Assembly (NCBI GenBank): GCA_002269645.1
Contig: NIVC01000206.1
Coordinates: 62,001 to 126,000, forward strand
Length of the DNA stretch: 64,000 bases
Direction: 5' to 3'
DNA from: Macrostomum lignano
Lineage: Eukaryota
Shown here: piece by piece, positions 29,241 to 42,926 of the stretch
How positions within the stretch are numbered: the stretch's first letter is position 1
Layout: each line of letters opens with the position of its first letter
Position numbers and translations under genes: made by a program
Notes under the pieces: model-generated
The model's database searches: none
What the model was told of the DNA's origin: nothing
The model's input: the letters and a program-made list of their open reading frames with translations, nothing else

Positions 29241-29794
29241 CTACTGTTTTAAAAAATGGTGCTTCAGTAATCTACTCATAGTAGACGCTACGGCATATAG
29301 TAGTGTGTAATTTTACAAGAAACACCAATATTGTAGTGATCGATTTGTTTAAGTCGACGCCCTTAATCGTCAATCCCTTATTGACCTCATGGACAGCTAT
29401 CAACGTAGCTCGTACTGTACTTTTCTCCACCGAATTTGTCTATGGTAATTCCTGAAATGAATTTCTAAGAATATCAGTCGTACCAATCAGTTGTCTTAAT
29501 AATTGTTTATTTAATCTACGGAAATCTCTGGGTTTATGAAATGCCGCTTCGAGCGCACATACAGTACGTATTGAAACACTATCCAAATGCTATAGTTATG
29601 ATGCCAGCTCTACATGGTGACACGGGGATCAATCTTGCTATCTGGGAGCAAATTCAATTAGTTAATTATTTTGCTTCGGGATTATCTAGCCACCCCACCC
29701 ATGAGACTATATGAATGATCAGGAAAACGTTATATCGCATGTATTTCGATACTAAATAGAAGTGTGCTGACTATGATGGACTGTTTAGCAACTA

Positions 29795-30791
29795 ATTCTG
29801 GCGCCTCTCCCAATGGCACAGATTCTGGCGCCTCTCCCAATGGCACTGTTTCTGGTGCCTCTCACAATGGCACTGTTTCTGGTGCCTCTCACAATGGCAC
29901 TGATTCTGGCGCCTCTCCCAATGGCACTGTTTCTGGTGCCTCTCCCAATGGCACTGTTTCTGGTGCCTCTCACAATGGCACTGATTCTGGCGCCTCTCCC
30001 AATGGCACTACTGATTCAGGCGCCTCTCCCAATGGCACTACTGATTCAGGCGCCTCTCCCAATGGCACTACTGATTCAGGCGCCTCTCCCAATGGCACTA
30101 CTGATTCTGGCGCCTCTCGCAATGGCACTGTTTCTGGCGCCTCTCTCAATGGCACTGTTTCTGTCCTCTCACAATGGCACTGATTCTGGCGCCTCTCGCA
30201 ATGGCACTACTGATTCAGGCGCCTCTCCCAATGGCACTACTGATTCAGGCGCCTCTCCCAATGGCACTACTGATTCAGGCGCCTCTCCCAATGGCACTAC
30301 TGATTCAGGCGCCTCTCCCAATGGCACTACTGATTCAGGCGCCTCTCCCAATGGCACTACTGATTCTGGCGCCTCTCGCAATGGCACCGATTCTGGCGCC
30401 TCTCTCAATGGCACTGTTTCTGGTGCCTCTCACAATGGCACTGATTCTGGCGCCTCTCCCAATGACACTGATTCTGGCGCCTCTCCCAATGACACTGATT
30501 CTGGCGCCTCTCCCAATGGCACTGATTCTGGCGCCTCTTCAAATGGCTCTGATTCTGGTCCTCTCCAAATGGCACTGATTCTGGCACCTCTCGCAATGGC
30601 ACTGATTCTGGCGCCTCTTCAAATGGCTCTGATTCTGGTCCTCTCCAAATGGCACTGATTCTGGCACCTCTCGCAATGACACTGATTCTGGCGCCTCTCC
30701 CAATGGCACTGATTCTGGCGCCTCTTCAAATGGCTCTGATTCTGGTCCTCTCCAAATGGCACTGATTCTGGCACCTCTCGCAATGGCACTG
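29795..30791. repeat. 27/30-bp minisatellite (possibly coding SGASPNGT(T)D)
   Basis: Unit tctggcgcctctcccaatggcact(act)gat. Confidence 0.93.
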
Positions 30792-32716
30792 GCAAGCTGT
30801 AGAGAGAACTTCTGTCAACTAATATTTCATCTTATTAGACCTACTGACACCTTGAGTGTAACAGATTTACTTGTTCATCAAGTGGCCTACAGGTTAAATC
30901 TCAAATTACGCGTTGTATACAGCTGTTAAAGTACAAATTTGCTGTCTGATTAGTTTATGTAAATCTATAAAACAAGATTTGTCACTAGACGATTAATTTA
31001 ACTTCCTCTTGGCCGTCTTTATAAATTTTAGTAGTTTAGCTCTTATTCTATCACTTCCTGTAGACCTCATTCAGGCACCTCACTTGTCACTATGGAAGTA
31101 CGCTTGCATTGTACGAGCGTGTAAAAAGTAAGAACTAAAAGAATTAAAGAGGATGCAGAAATTCCGGGAATGATGCAGAAATTCCGGGAATTTCAAAATT
31201 GACACCCAAAATTGAAGCTCATTATCGAGTTGAAATCCCAGGGAGAAGTGGAAGGACTTAACTGAGTCACTGTCAGTCATGCCATTCTGTCAAAATCCAA
31301 TACTCTGTCGAGATGATGATGGTGGAAAAGACTCTGTGAGAAAATGAGAACAGGATATTGCCAATATTTCAGTTGATGGGTGCAATAAAATTGTGAGCTA
31401 TTTGAGGCCTCTCAAAAATCAGCCTACAGGACACAAGAGCAGGACACCAGTGAACGCCAAATTTGGCAGTTGATATTTTTGCACTCGAGTGGCATAAGCA
31501 ATAATTTTTTTAGCGAAAAGCGACGCTAAACGACATGAGATTGGCAGCAGAGTGAAAATTTGAAAAAAAAACTAATTGAAAACGGAATCGTTCGCATCGA
31601 GTGGGAACCAGTTCGAGTGGTGCATTTAAACCAAACTGACTCGCGGTCCACCAAAACCAACTGTAGAAATCGTTGCGATGGACCATAGACGTAAGTTGTG
31701 ATGAAAACACTTACGGTTTGCCTAAACAGGTCGTAATATTGCGACAGATGCGGTTTCTCGAAACGTTCTAGGTCTATGGTCTTTTGTAAGGTTGATCTTA
31801 AACTCTACGACTTTGACCATAGACAGCATATTTTGCTTCATGATGAATTGCAAACCGCGTAAGTTGCGAGAACTCTAAAAATTTTCTTCGAGAAACAGCT
31901 TTACCACCCGTCTTACGCTAAGCGCAAAGTTCTGACTTACGACGGCACATACCATAGAACTTACACTAGGCTCGTTGTTTCGAAAAAGACCCCCTGATTG
32001 CTACCGTAAAAACCTAATAGCGTATAGCTAATAGTACATAATCCATAAAAACACAGCTATTTACATCATGCAGATCGCGGTCAGCAGGCTATTCAAATAG
32101 TCAATGTGTCAATCACGATTCTGGCAGCTGTTTACTCAAGGAACGGTCCATTTGCAACAAGTTAGGATGTATCAGTGTGGACATTTGTGGACACTTTCAT
32201 GGCTTTATTGCTAATTAGTACAACTGAAAGTTGGCCCCGAGAGTTTTTACTGGGCAATCAGGTAAACGATGCCCACATAATGCATAGTGTTCGGGGCTAC
32301 ACATCCAGCTAACTGATTGCCATTTAGGACGTCAAGACTCACTAGACACGGCCCTCAACAACCCTCGTCCACTGCAAACCAATCGCAGACCGCCTCGGCC
32401 ACACTGGTAGAGCCCTGTCTGCCAGAACGGATGAGAGAGAGGGAGATGGAGGAGGAAATAACAGTCACCAACAGCTATTTAATAATCTGCGGCATGGATG
32501 GAAACCGGAGCAGAGCTCAGAAGAAAAATTTGGTTTTCCTACGAGCGTACATCAACGAACTATCGTGTCCTGTTTTAGTCGTTTTCTCGATTTTAATCCG
32601 TCACTCTCTGCCCCTATCTCTGGTATTAGTCGCATTACCAATTAGTTCGTTCGACAGCTTGCGCGTGAAAAAAACGTTCAGCATCAGAGGCGTCGCGTCC
32701 TGAGCTCCTCGCCCAG

Positions 32717-32917
32717 TATAAAACTGCTTCGACGGCTCTATCCAAAAAAGCCAAAAACACTCGCTCCGAGTGATCGACGCATTGCTGTTGCTGTCTGGTT
32801 CAGAGGAGACAACTCGCACACTGCCAGGAGCAGGCGCATTTTCTGTAGGCTTGCACACTGTTTGCAGTTTTCTGCCCTGCACTCGAATCCAGAGTCAAGT
32901 CGGCACTTCAAGGTCGG
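32717..32917 (+). promoter_or_regulatory. Candidate TATA box and 5'UTR exon of the GPCR gene
   Basis: TATAAAA at 32717, donor GG|GTGAGT at 32918, and acceptor ctgcttcag at 33681, two nt before the GPCR ATG. Confidence 0.45.
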
Positions 32918-33023
32918 GTGAGTGGGGACAGTTTGTTACTTGAATTTTCCAGTTCTCGTCGTATTTATTCGTGACCTCGCATGCTGCAATGACGAGGTCA
33001 AAATCTACAACAGAAACAGCAAC

Positions 33024-33319
33024 CAGGGGCGTCGCCACCGGGGGACAGGACATGCCTCCCTAGTAAAAGCTATGGAGGGACATGCCAATGCTTTGTCTCC
33101 CCCTCATGTCACCTTGTGACCCGTTGTGGTAATCAAAGTTTTGCTTCAGGAAGCCAAAATAGAGTGCCTGCGGCGCCAAAATAAGTGCCTGCGTTGTCAA
33201 AATGAGTCCTACAACACTGATTCTCAGATAAAATGCATACTTGGAGGATTGTAATCATGTAACATATAGAATTATTGATTTTGTCCGCCCCCACCATAAA
33301 ATCCATGGCGACGCCCCTG
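33024..33319. mobile_element. hAT-type MITE
   Basis: 14-bp TIR CAGGGGCGTCGCCA...TGGCGACGCCCCTG; flanking 8-mers acagcaac and aaagcaat match at 6/8. Confidence 0.75.
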
Positions 33320-33683
33320 AAAGCAATTACGTCGTAGACAAAAGGCACGAGCTTAGCTTTATAAAACTTGATTTGTGACATCTATATTGAACAGAAGCAG
33401 CCTAAAAACTTTACTATAACTGCGCTCTCTCGGAGTCTGTTAACTTTTACCGCATTTGAAAATAGGAAACATAAAGATCAGACAATATGACTTCTATTAA
33501 ATTTAAATTAGCGAAGCCTACTTTATGGATAAACTCATAAAGATAATGCAAACTCATCGTTAGGTTACTCGTTAGGTTAGGTGACTCGTTAGGTTCGGTC
33601 GTTAAAACTAAGAAGTCAACTCGAATCATCGCTTCAACAATCTTGCGCAGGAGGTAGAGAGTTACACGCGACCTGCTTCAGTC

Positions 33684-34826
33684 ATGTACGACAGCAGCAA
33701 TAGTACAGCCGAAGAAGAAGAACTGCCTTGGTTTGAAATTCCCAGCTGGCGCTGGGCCTTCACTAACATCGTCATTTGGCTGATGCCAACTTTAATGGTT
33801 TTCGGAATAGTCGTCAACGTTCTCTGCTTCATCACCATCCTACTCAACTCGAAGACTTTCCCTAAAATATCGAGGCGCACGATGTTGATCATTACCAGCT
33901 TCGACGCGCTTTCGCTGGCAATCGGCGGCTTCAACTGCTACCAGATCTACTTGATGCGCACAATGAACTACAAACTGTCCCCGTTTCTGAAGCTCATGAA
34001 CGAAAACGCGGCCGCGTGTTACATTGTCAACTATGTCCACAAGTACATACTGAATGGAACGCCGTACTTTCACGTTGGACTTACAGTTGAACGCGTCCTA
34101 GCCGTGGTGATGCCGCTGAAAGTGAAGACAATCATGACTGGACGCAACCACTGCATCATGCTAATCATTCTGTTTCTGTTAGGCAGCATTGACCCGGCCC
34201 TGTGGTCTGCCGAGCAAGAGTACTTTGACAACCGCTGCGATAGCAGGACTGACGAAGCATTGTTGGCCGTCTTGGACCCACTGCAGTACAATATCGAGTT
34301 CTACGTGTCAAAGGTGGCACTGTTCTTTGTTCTTCTATCCGGATGCATCATCGTGGCCGTTGCGCTTCGGCTTCAGGCCAGCAAGTTGAGCCGCCTGACC
34401 AGCGGCTCGGCCAACCTGAAGCGCAACAAAATGGTCGGCGCCTGCACCGCGATGATCGGCATGAACCTCGTGTTCTTCCTGACGCACGCGCCCAGGGCGG
34501 CCTTCTCTGTGTACGAAGGCTACAGCGCCAGGTACTTGTCGCCGAGCAAACAACTAACCGAGAGCCAGTTAGACTTGGGCTATCAAGTTATGGAGGGCTT
34601 CATGTTCTTGAACAGCATTTTCGATCCGTTTGCTTACTTCATTGGACGAAGCTTTCGTACGGCCTTCTGCCAGACGATTGGGGGCGCCATCTGCCTGGCA
34701 ACCGCTGGCCTGTGCGGCAGGCGCCGAAAGGCGTCAGCGAAGGAGTCGTCGGGCATCAACCTGGCCACCTCGGTGACGACGGCGTACAATATTAGGACCA
34801 CCGCTCTGGATGAGGCTCGAAGGTAA
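33684..34826 (+). CDS. Rhodopsin-family (class A) GPCR, peptide-receptor-like, 380 aa, uninterrupted CDS
   Basis: Seven hydrophobic segments with class A motifs: TM1 GIVVN, TM2 D, TM3 TVERVLAVVMP, TM6 FFLTHAP, TM7 NSIFDPFAY. N-terminal sequons are present. Confidence 0.92.
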   Translation: MYDSSNSTAEEEELPWFEIPSWRWAFTNIVIWLMPTLMVFGIVVNVLCFITILLNSKTFPKISRRTMLIITSFDALSLAIGGFNCYQIYLMRTMNYKLSPFLKLMNENAAACYIVNYVHKYILNGTPYFHVGLTVERVLAVVMPLKVKTIMTGRNHCIMLIILFLLGSIDPALWSAEQEYFDNRCDSRTDEALLAVLDPLQYNIEFYVSKVALFFVLLSGCIIVAVALRLQASKLSRLTSGSANLKRNKMVGACTAMIGMNLVFFLTHAPRAAFSVYEGYSARYLSPSKQLTESQLDLGYQVMEGFMFLNSIFDPFAYFIGRSFRTAFCQTIGGAICLATAGLCGRRRKASAKESSGINLATSVTTAYNIRTTALDEARR

Positions 34827-35751
34827 AAGGACAAACGGAGCTTCTCGGTAACTTTTACCATGCAAGACAAAAAAATTAAAACTAGAAAAATCTGACGTTT
34901 TTGGCCCTTTGAGGCTTTGGGGATCTACAAACTGGACTTTAATTCTCTGGGAAGTTGAATTTATGATTGAATGTGCAACACAATGGTTTCAAATACATGT
35001 AGGTTCATAAAACCATTGAAACGAGTCGTGCCATTTTCATGATTTTAGTCACAGGATATGTACGCACGAGCTAGGATATAAAATTAGTATTAGCTTTGTC
35101 AATAAAATTAATTCATTGCTTTATGAATATCTATAAAGCTAAGAGAGGCAAGACATATCAGAAAATGAACATTTAAGCCCTGCCTCCTATCAGAAGTAAT
35201 TACAGTTTTTGTGCTGAAAAATGAAAGCCTCTTATCTCCGCAATGTATTTTTTGGTCAAACGTGCGGCAGCCTCCTCAAATTTTCTAAAAAACGTATAGT
35301 TTCCCTCCTACTTGAGTAGCTAGTCCTTTTCTTGACTTAAAATTCTCCCATCTTTTAAGAGTATCCCAGATGCAAGTAGATGCAGATATACTTAAGCTCT
35401 GAAGGTGCACTCTGAGGTAGATGATTTTTAATTGGGTACAACAGAAAATATCAAGCATACGATAGAGTGCCAACTTCGCAACTGCAGCTGAAGCCGGAAA
35501 AAAGAAAAATAAGCTATGTATAGAATATTTATCATAACTGCGTATATACTCACACATTCTAAAGTATTTTAAAGTAAACTGCCGGGAAGCTGCACTTTTG
35601 GCTCCATCTGCAGCTGCAGATGCGAAGTTGGCATTCTGTCTTATGCTTAGTATTCTTGCGGTACAGTGCAAGCTGTCTATAGTTAAAGTCTGCAGCGCAC
35701 ACGTCCACTCAGGATCATATATTTTATCAGCAACAACACCCCGAAACCAGT

Positions 35752-35759
35752 GGTGTTGT

Positions 35760-35802
<43 letters not shown>
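35752..35802. repeat. (GTT)n microsatellite
   Basis: A run of gtt triplets with one interruption. Confidence 0.9.
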
Positions 35803-37876
35803 TTTCATGTCGTTAAAGCCCTGTGACACCAATTGCAGCATCATCCACAATGCTATAGCACGAAAATCAAATATCGATTCCTCTACCAGTCTTTTAACCG
35901 CTAATTGAGTCACATTGCGAGACTCCTTGTCCTTGATGGCTAATGTATGCAGTCGTTACTATTCTTTTTACATTCACTAGCTGCTATATTTCCTTTCACT
36001 AATAACCAAACAGTGTTGAAATTGATGCATTAATTGTTCTTGTTTTGCTTGCAATATCCTTTGAAAGCATGCAGCGTATAAATTCTGTTTCAGTTTTATA
36101 CAAGTTTACTCTGCTTGTCAGCGCGTGACTCTAGCTCGTATTGAAATTCAGATTCTCGTTGTCAGTTTAGTTGACATTCTATGATTTGCTGATGTACGTC
36201 ATAATGTAATTTGCAGCTTTGAAGTATAGTTTTTCCCAACTTAATTCGAAAAATCGTTGAGTAGCTAGAACTATATTGTGAATTATTCTTATACGGTGAA
36301 ATCAATCGAATCGAGGTCAAATTTTGATTGCCACAATGTTACCCTTTTCGACCTACGTCGGTTTGTTTTGAAATCTTAGAATTTTGTTATTGCACATTCA
36401 GGTTTAATTGATTATTGCACCTTCTCAATCAGTGTCTTGATGTCGTATTTTGGATGCTATATCATAACTTTTTTAAACTAAGCAAGCCTCACACTCAAAT
36501 GTTAGTTAAAACTTTATGTTGTTGACTTTAACAGTAATCTATTAATCAGACTTATTGCACTTGTGTACTTCTTGTTACTTCTACTTAAGTCCGCACAATT
36601 ATTATTATTTTATATGCACCAGATTTAAGCACTCCACACAGACAAGCAAGTCACTCTGAAAGGTCATTCACATCTCTATTAATCTTTTTTAGAATTTTTG
36701 TGAACGCTGTACGGATTTTTAATGTTAAAACTTTTTTAAAAGAACTCGTGAAATATAAAATGCACTATAGCTCGTTCTGTCTTCACAGACGACCCCACCT
36801 TATATCTGAAAATCTGAATTCTGCCGTTTCTCAGATCACACAATTGGCAAACTTCAGAATTTATTTTTTAATTATTTGATCAAACATCCGTAGCCTTGAG
36901 CTCCTGCACTAAAGTTACGAGCGTACCGAATGCAGCAATTGCAGGTGAAAGTCCATGCATCCTCTAGTTGGCCGTCACCTCTTAGCCACATAAACTAGCT
37001 GCAGCTCTCAATTTGTGTATCTCCAGCTCTGCATTGTTGGAAGTGTTGGCGCCAGCTGCTGATGTCAATAATCTTGTCTGCCGTCAAAGGCTTCAAATTC
37101 TGGGTTTGTTCTCCTTCTACCGCACTTGCACTCGATCTGCGTTGTCTGTCTCCTCTGTGCTATGTGATTTTTTTTCTTCAGCCGCATTGCCCTGTCCCTT
37201 CTGCCTTGCAGATCTGAATAGCAGTCAAGCAACCTTCCTAATACACTTTTCTTTGGAGGCATTTCAATTTTAAAGTGTCTTTTATGCAATAGTAAAAGTA
37301 TTGAAATTTTCAATATGGGACTAATTCATTAGGATTATATTGTATCACTTTTTCATAAAGTTTAGTTTTTACACAACCGTCTTATTGTCTTATTGTTTGC
37401 CGTCTTCCTCAACCACTGTTTAATTGTTAAAGTGAAAAAATCGCTTCTTAAAATAAGTTTCTTGCACTTTCAAGTAGTGTTGTGCCCGGGTGCACTTGCA
37501 CCGATGAGCAATCTCTGGCTCTCGGTCAAGTGTGCCCGGCACTGCACTCCCACCATGGATGAATGAATAGAATGGATTGCTATTCTGGCTCTGGCTATTA
37601 TCGTTTTTGACTCTTTTGCATCCGGTTCCCCCCCGTGCCTTTTCATTGGTTGATGATTGCCATAGACAATTTTCGGCCTTCGTCCCTTTCTTTCGATGCA
37701 CAAGCGCTTTCGCTCGTGTTTTGAAATAAAGGGGGAAGACCTACGAGCGCTCGATATTCTCTGCAAGTAACTGACATTCTCAGTTCTTTCCTGGCCGCGT
37801 GCCTGCGCCAACCCCCTCTTTCTGTTTGCGTCAGCCCCCCCCCCATTTCTGACTGCGCTAAACCCCCCCCCCCAGT

Positions 37877-38436
37877 TGTGTATCAGCCCTTATTCTCTGC
37901 CCCCTTCTCTTATTATGCGTACCCAGCCGGATTGGCTGGCCTGGCCCCTCTCTCCCCCCTTTTTGTTAGCACTTGTCAATTCCCTTGTCCCTTGTCAATT
38001 GGTGATTGGCCAACAAGTTGGTTGTTGATAATGCTGTCTGGCGTGAGACCCTAGGGCTTACGCTAGGCAGCCTAAATAAATAGAGAATTCTGGCGGTGGG
38101 CAGGGTGAGCGTGTGCCCGTTGACACCTGACACTAGACTCTACAGAATCAACAAACTGCAATATCGAAATCTCAATACTACTAATTGACGAACTCGCTGC
38201 CTTGCTCACCGCCGTGCCGATTGGAAGTCAAAGTAAGACTCACGTCTGTGTTCATTAATCATTTGGGTCTCGAGCAAAGTGGGTACCGTATGCTCTAGGG
38301 ACGGACTGACTGCCTTACCTCGACGCGATCCCACGCTCAGTAGCGGAGTCAGTCCGGTCAGTGGGCTGACGCCATCTCCAGGCTCGTTCGCTGCAGAACA
38401 ATCTTAGGGAGCTGTTCAATCACGTGTAGTGACACA
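37877..38436 (+). mobile_element. Possible solo LTR (560 bp)
   Basis: TGTGT...ACACA ends, flanks ccagt/acagt (4/5 match), and internal ATTGG boxes plus a TAAATAAATA TATA-like motif. Confidence 0.4.
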
Positions 38437-40189
38437 ACAGTAGGAAGTCTTGAATTTAGGAAATTTTAATAAGGTAGCCTAAACCTTGTCCGTATAGTGA
38501 GTTTAGGGTGGGTGCAAAAATTGGTGCCATTTGGTTGAGCAGTTCCAGTTTCCACAGCGATCTAATTTGTACACAGACAGACAGGGTTCTGGTTTCTATA
38601 GGTACACAGTGGACAAAGAAAAGCGCTACGGAGCTATCACGGAAACTTTATGCTTGGTCGAGGTTTTAGTAATCAAAATTTTATCGGAGATCTTAGAGAA
38701 ATGAGCTGTTAGGAAAGCTATAGTTTACAAAGTTTATTGTTAGCATGTACGAATCTGATAGTTTGGTCCAGACTAATTAATGGACAAATTTGAATATTTT
38801 TGAGGGGCTGACCCATCAATAAACTAATTGATAACTATTAATAGGAGTGCGTGATGGGGGAGGTCGTTGACAGAAAACGACAATTTCTGCCATATCATAT
38901 TGTGAAAGGTTATGGCTTGAGAAGAGAGTATAGAGGTTTAATCAATTAGCTAGACCATGGGTCTGATGGAACGTTGGCGTCTGCACCTGACAAGATAATG
39001 GCTAATATTTTATCCTCACCAGGAAACTAATTAGTAAAAGCGGATTCTGTAACCAGCTCTCCAAGGTATGGGTTATTTCGTACGTTATAGTCCAATTTGA
39101 ACCCAGCTAATTAGTCTATTGGTGTATTTAGGGCACTCCATAACTTTAAGTACCAGCCAATACCCGTAGCTGTAGAAGATACACAACTTGAGGTTATGGC
39201 AGGCTAATCAAGATAATTGCTTTAATAAAAAGATGTAAAAAAGCTTTGCCATTCATTTAATCCCCACTGCCAAAGCAGTTCTCAGTTCAAAAAGCTTTCC
39301 TTCGCTTTCTGAATATTGAAATACTGAGAAAGACAATTGAAACGGCGGCAAAGGTTCACATTTAAACAGTTCTGTGTTTCATCGTCGGTAATTGAAATTT
39401 TCCGATTTGTTTGAACTAAGCTTTTTTATTACAATAATGGTAGTGGTGTGCAGAACACAGCGTCCAATATATCATGGTAGTTGATACGTTAGAATGGTAT
39501 TACAAGGTCTTACGTTTCATGGACGACTTTTTGATGCGTAACGATAGCCGCAATTTGAGTCTGCAGACGCGTTTACCGCTGAGCTAACGCTGACCCGAAC
39601 CCTGCCTTGTGACAACTGCATGACGTGCTCCAGACTTGCTGTTTTATGGTATATGTCCGCTCCTGTGATAAGGGGGGTCTATCGTCACTTTTAATTTTAT
39701 CCCATGTCCGAGATATAGTAGTCCCTTCTATACTTGCTTCTCACAGGGTAAATACACTGAGAAATGTGTCTTCGTCGCTTTGTGTGCTCCATTTTTTCTG
39801 CCACAAGGAAGAAACCTAGTTGCAGAAACAGCAGTCTTCAATGTCAGCAGGCCTTACTCATTTTAATTCAAACATATAAAGATCAGTAAAACTGTGGGAT
39901 ACGATGTAAGTTCAACTCTGGCTGCGACTAAAAATTGACGCTATCGACAAATCCGATATAAACTGGCGTCAATCAATCTACAACTTTACCCTGTGGACCT
40001 TTTCTTTTCCAGAGTGAAACTGAGGCTCTTAACTAAATAAGTTTGATTGCTCATCAGCTGCCAAAGTAACTGTTTATTCTATGGATGCAGCTGAGCATAA
40101 ATTTCATAAAAGTGCTAGATTCATTGGTTTAGTTGGTTGCCAGCCGCTGGCTTTTCCTTGAGCAGAAGACAGTATTGTTTAACTATCCT

Positions 40190-40470
40190 TTAAACCACTT
40201 TAAAGCTCACTTTCAGGGAGGTTATTGAGATAGATTTTATTTTGCGGGATTTAATCGATCACTTTCCCTGACACATTGCAAGGATTATTGTATGTATATA
40301 AATAAGCGAGCTTCTCTCTTCTCTTCCTTCGTGACTCGAGAAATTTCTTAATGAAATTTTGTCTATGGTAAGAATGTGGGGGCTTCGCCCCCACACCCCC
40401 ATCCCCAACTTCAACCATAGACATATAGATATACAAGTATGGCTCCGGGATTTATTCAGAGGGAATCTCT
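40190..40470. repeat. Dispersed repeat; inverted homolog at ~57840-58026 + 59058-59170, split by a hAT insertion
   Basis: The reverse complement matches tcccggagccatacttgta..gtctatggttgaagttgggg..ccatagacaaaatttc.. and continues after the hAT element as atacaataatccttgcaa..gtggtttaaa. Confidence 0.85.
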
Positions 40471-42557
40471 GACAACAATCAAAGCATGAAATGAAGATTT
40501 CAAGAAATTGGGCTACTTTTCCACAGACGAAATTCACTCACTTTCTTACTTAAATTTACCATAAACATCTTCTTTTCTAACCATGGACAAAGCAAACACT
40601 TTTTCTGATCAGGCTGTATTTGCACTGACGAATTTCACTTACTTAGACGAATTCGGAGTCACTTTCTCTAAAAATTTACCATAGACACTCATTCTCTTCC
40701 CCTTGAGCGCTATGTAGTTTTGCATACGCTGACGACGGATTTAAACTCACTTTTGACGAATCCGAAGTTGAAAAGGAATATTACTACCGTACAATGTAAC
40801 TTTTCAGCATGTCTTTTCCATAGATAATGACCGAACAATCACTCGTGGCTTCTGCACGCTGATTGATCTACTATACCAAGTGTTTCTATTTAAAGTGCTT
40901 TATCGTCTATGGCAAAAACCATGATTAACTGCATTTACTTGTTGGCTATAACAATGGCTATGGCTATGCCTGTATGTGCCATATCTCAATTTTTCTTGTA
41001 CGAGCGTTTCTTGAGCAGACCAAATCACAGAATACCAAATTGGACGCATCTATTTCCAAATTGCTTTCTGCATTCTGCTGTCTATGGCCAAACCCTAATT
41101 ATGCTCAAGGAACGAAATACAAGTGTCTGAGTTGAAATTCAAAGCAAGTAGACGCGCAGATTTGTCGGCGGTATAATCAATGAAGCGCTTTATTGAAAAT
41201 CGAGTGTGCGGATCGAATCTAAATTTGACCGAGCGAATGACTAGCATGGCTTCGAAGGGATTAACCATGGCTTGGCGAATGCTGAAATGGAACTGAATCC
41301 CAAGGGATCGATATCTATGTCGGGAAGAGCAGAGAAATGTTGCACACCGCCTGTCACGTCCCTATAGGTTGAATCAAAAATCAAATTTAAATAAAAAACG
41401 TTTTTGATACCGAACGAATGGATAAATATAGTATTCTGTGTACTGTGTATATGCTCGAATTTCATTGTCCATTTGCCATATATGGTTTCTAAAATAATTA
41501 AGTAAACGGATTTCAAAGTCAGATCTCACTAATAAAGGTTCAAGGAGGAGTTCAATTAATTGAGTTAGTTGACTTCGGATCATCCTTAAAATTGAGCCAA
41601 AGGTTTATGATTCTAGAAGAACTAGGGCCTAGTTAGTTTGTTGGAAAGTATTACTAATAAAAAATTCACTGTTGTTTTTAATCAATAGCCATAAAAATCA
41701 AATAGTTAGGCTCAATCCAACTATCTGACTTTCGAAGGACTCGCTACAAGGACGCTACACTTGTATTTCTTAGAAATGAGCTGAAAGCCGGTAATGAATT
41801 ATCATATTTATCGTAGTGTCTTTAATATGCTTTAAAGAAATCGGATTTGGGATTCGGAAATGGGTTCGGAGTTGGGGACAGATGATAAAAATTTGCAGAC
41901 ATTTTTTCTTTCTGGAACACTGGTACTGGATGCCCGCACACGTACTTTAGGCTCGACTTCAAGGTAATGTATATGCACTATTTTTAAATGGGGCTTTCTC
42001 GATTTGCCAAGCGTGGAAGTTTTAAATTTCAAACTTTGGCACGGCGAACGGTTTTCCAGATGGTTTTCTTCTTTTACTTCAGTAAAGTACTTCTATCTGA
42101 TAACTTCATGCAGCGACCAGCAACTTGCAGCTAAAAAGTGTGGCTGTCGCGAAAGTGATCCACATCAAGTATCAGCACACGAGCCAAAACTTTTGCAGCC
42201 TCGTGACCCCTACAGTCGAGTGGGCAGTCTGCGTGAATGCAGATCTGATTTCAGGGTCGAGATCGAGTCATGGAAGGAAACTGCAGAATAGCTAATAAAG
42301 ATCTTAGGCCGGTACTTCTGGCACAGCTTAGCTGCATGTTATATTTGCAAAATTGTAGATATTCTAGCTCAGATATTCGATCTCCGCTCTGTTTATACAG
42401 AAGAGGCTGATACAAGTAGTATGTGCTGAAAATAACTGTGAATTAAGAGCGTTAAGGGAGATAATTATTCTATCATCCATCACAATCCCGTATGGTCTGT
42501 AGCCAGCCATGTAGAAGACTCCAAATGTCACCACAGACAGGGGCAATATTGCACACT

Positions 42558-42890
42558 CAGAGGCGCCGCCATGGATTTTAGGGTTGGGGGGACAAAGCCA
42601 AGAATTCTGCATATTTTACATGTACATGAGTAAATTCCTACATGTACATTAGTTTCAGAATGGTGCTGTCAGCGATCATTTTAGCGCCACAGGCACTCGT
42701 TTTAGCGCCACAGGCACTCATTTTAGCGCCACAGGCATGCACTCATTTTAGCGCCACAGGCACTCATTTTAGCGCCCCAAGCACTCATTTTAGAGCCACA
42801 GGCACTTATTTTAGCGCCACAGGCATGCACTCATTTTAGCGCCACAGGCATGCACTTATTTTAGCGCCACAGGCACTCATTTTAGCGTAG
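42558..42890. mobile_element. Partial hAT MITE related to 33024-33319, with an internal 21-bp unit amplified into a minisatellite
   Basis: Begins cagaggcgccgccatggatttt, matching the reverse complement of the right end of the 33 kb MITE, and ends in ~9 copies of ttttagcgccacaggcactca. Confidence 0.65.
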
Positions 42891-42926
42891 CGAAGTAAAT
42901 ATAGTATTTAGCATATGCTAAATTGA

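Noticed and set aside
37065-37313. Short basic ORF starting MPPKKS
   Set aside because: No recognisable domain, splice support or codon signal.
39560-39600. tRNA-like A-box (TAGCTCAGCGG) on the minus strand
   Set aside because: No B-box or cloverleaf follows; at most a decayed SINE head.
40040-40062. Hammerhead ribozyme core (CTGATGA on the minus strand; also at 21679 and 48653 on the plus strand)
   Set aside because: No stem II followed by GAAA and no closing helices could be built.
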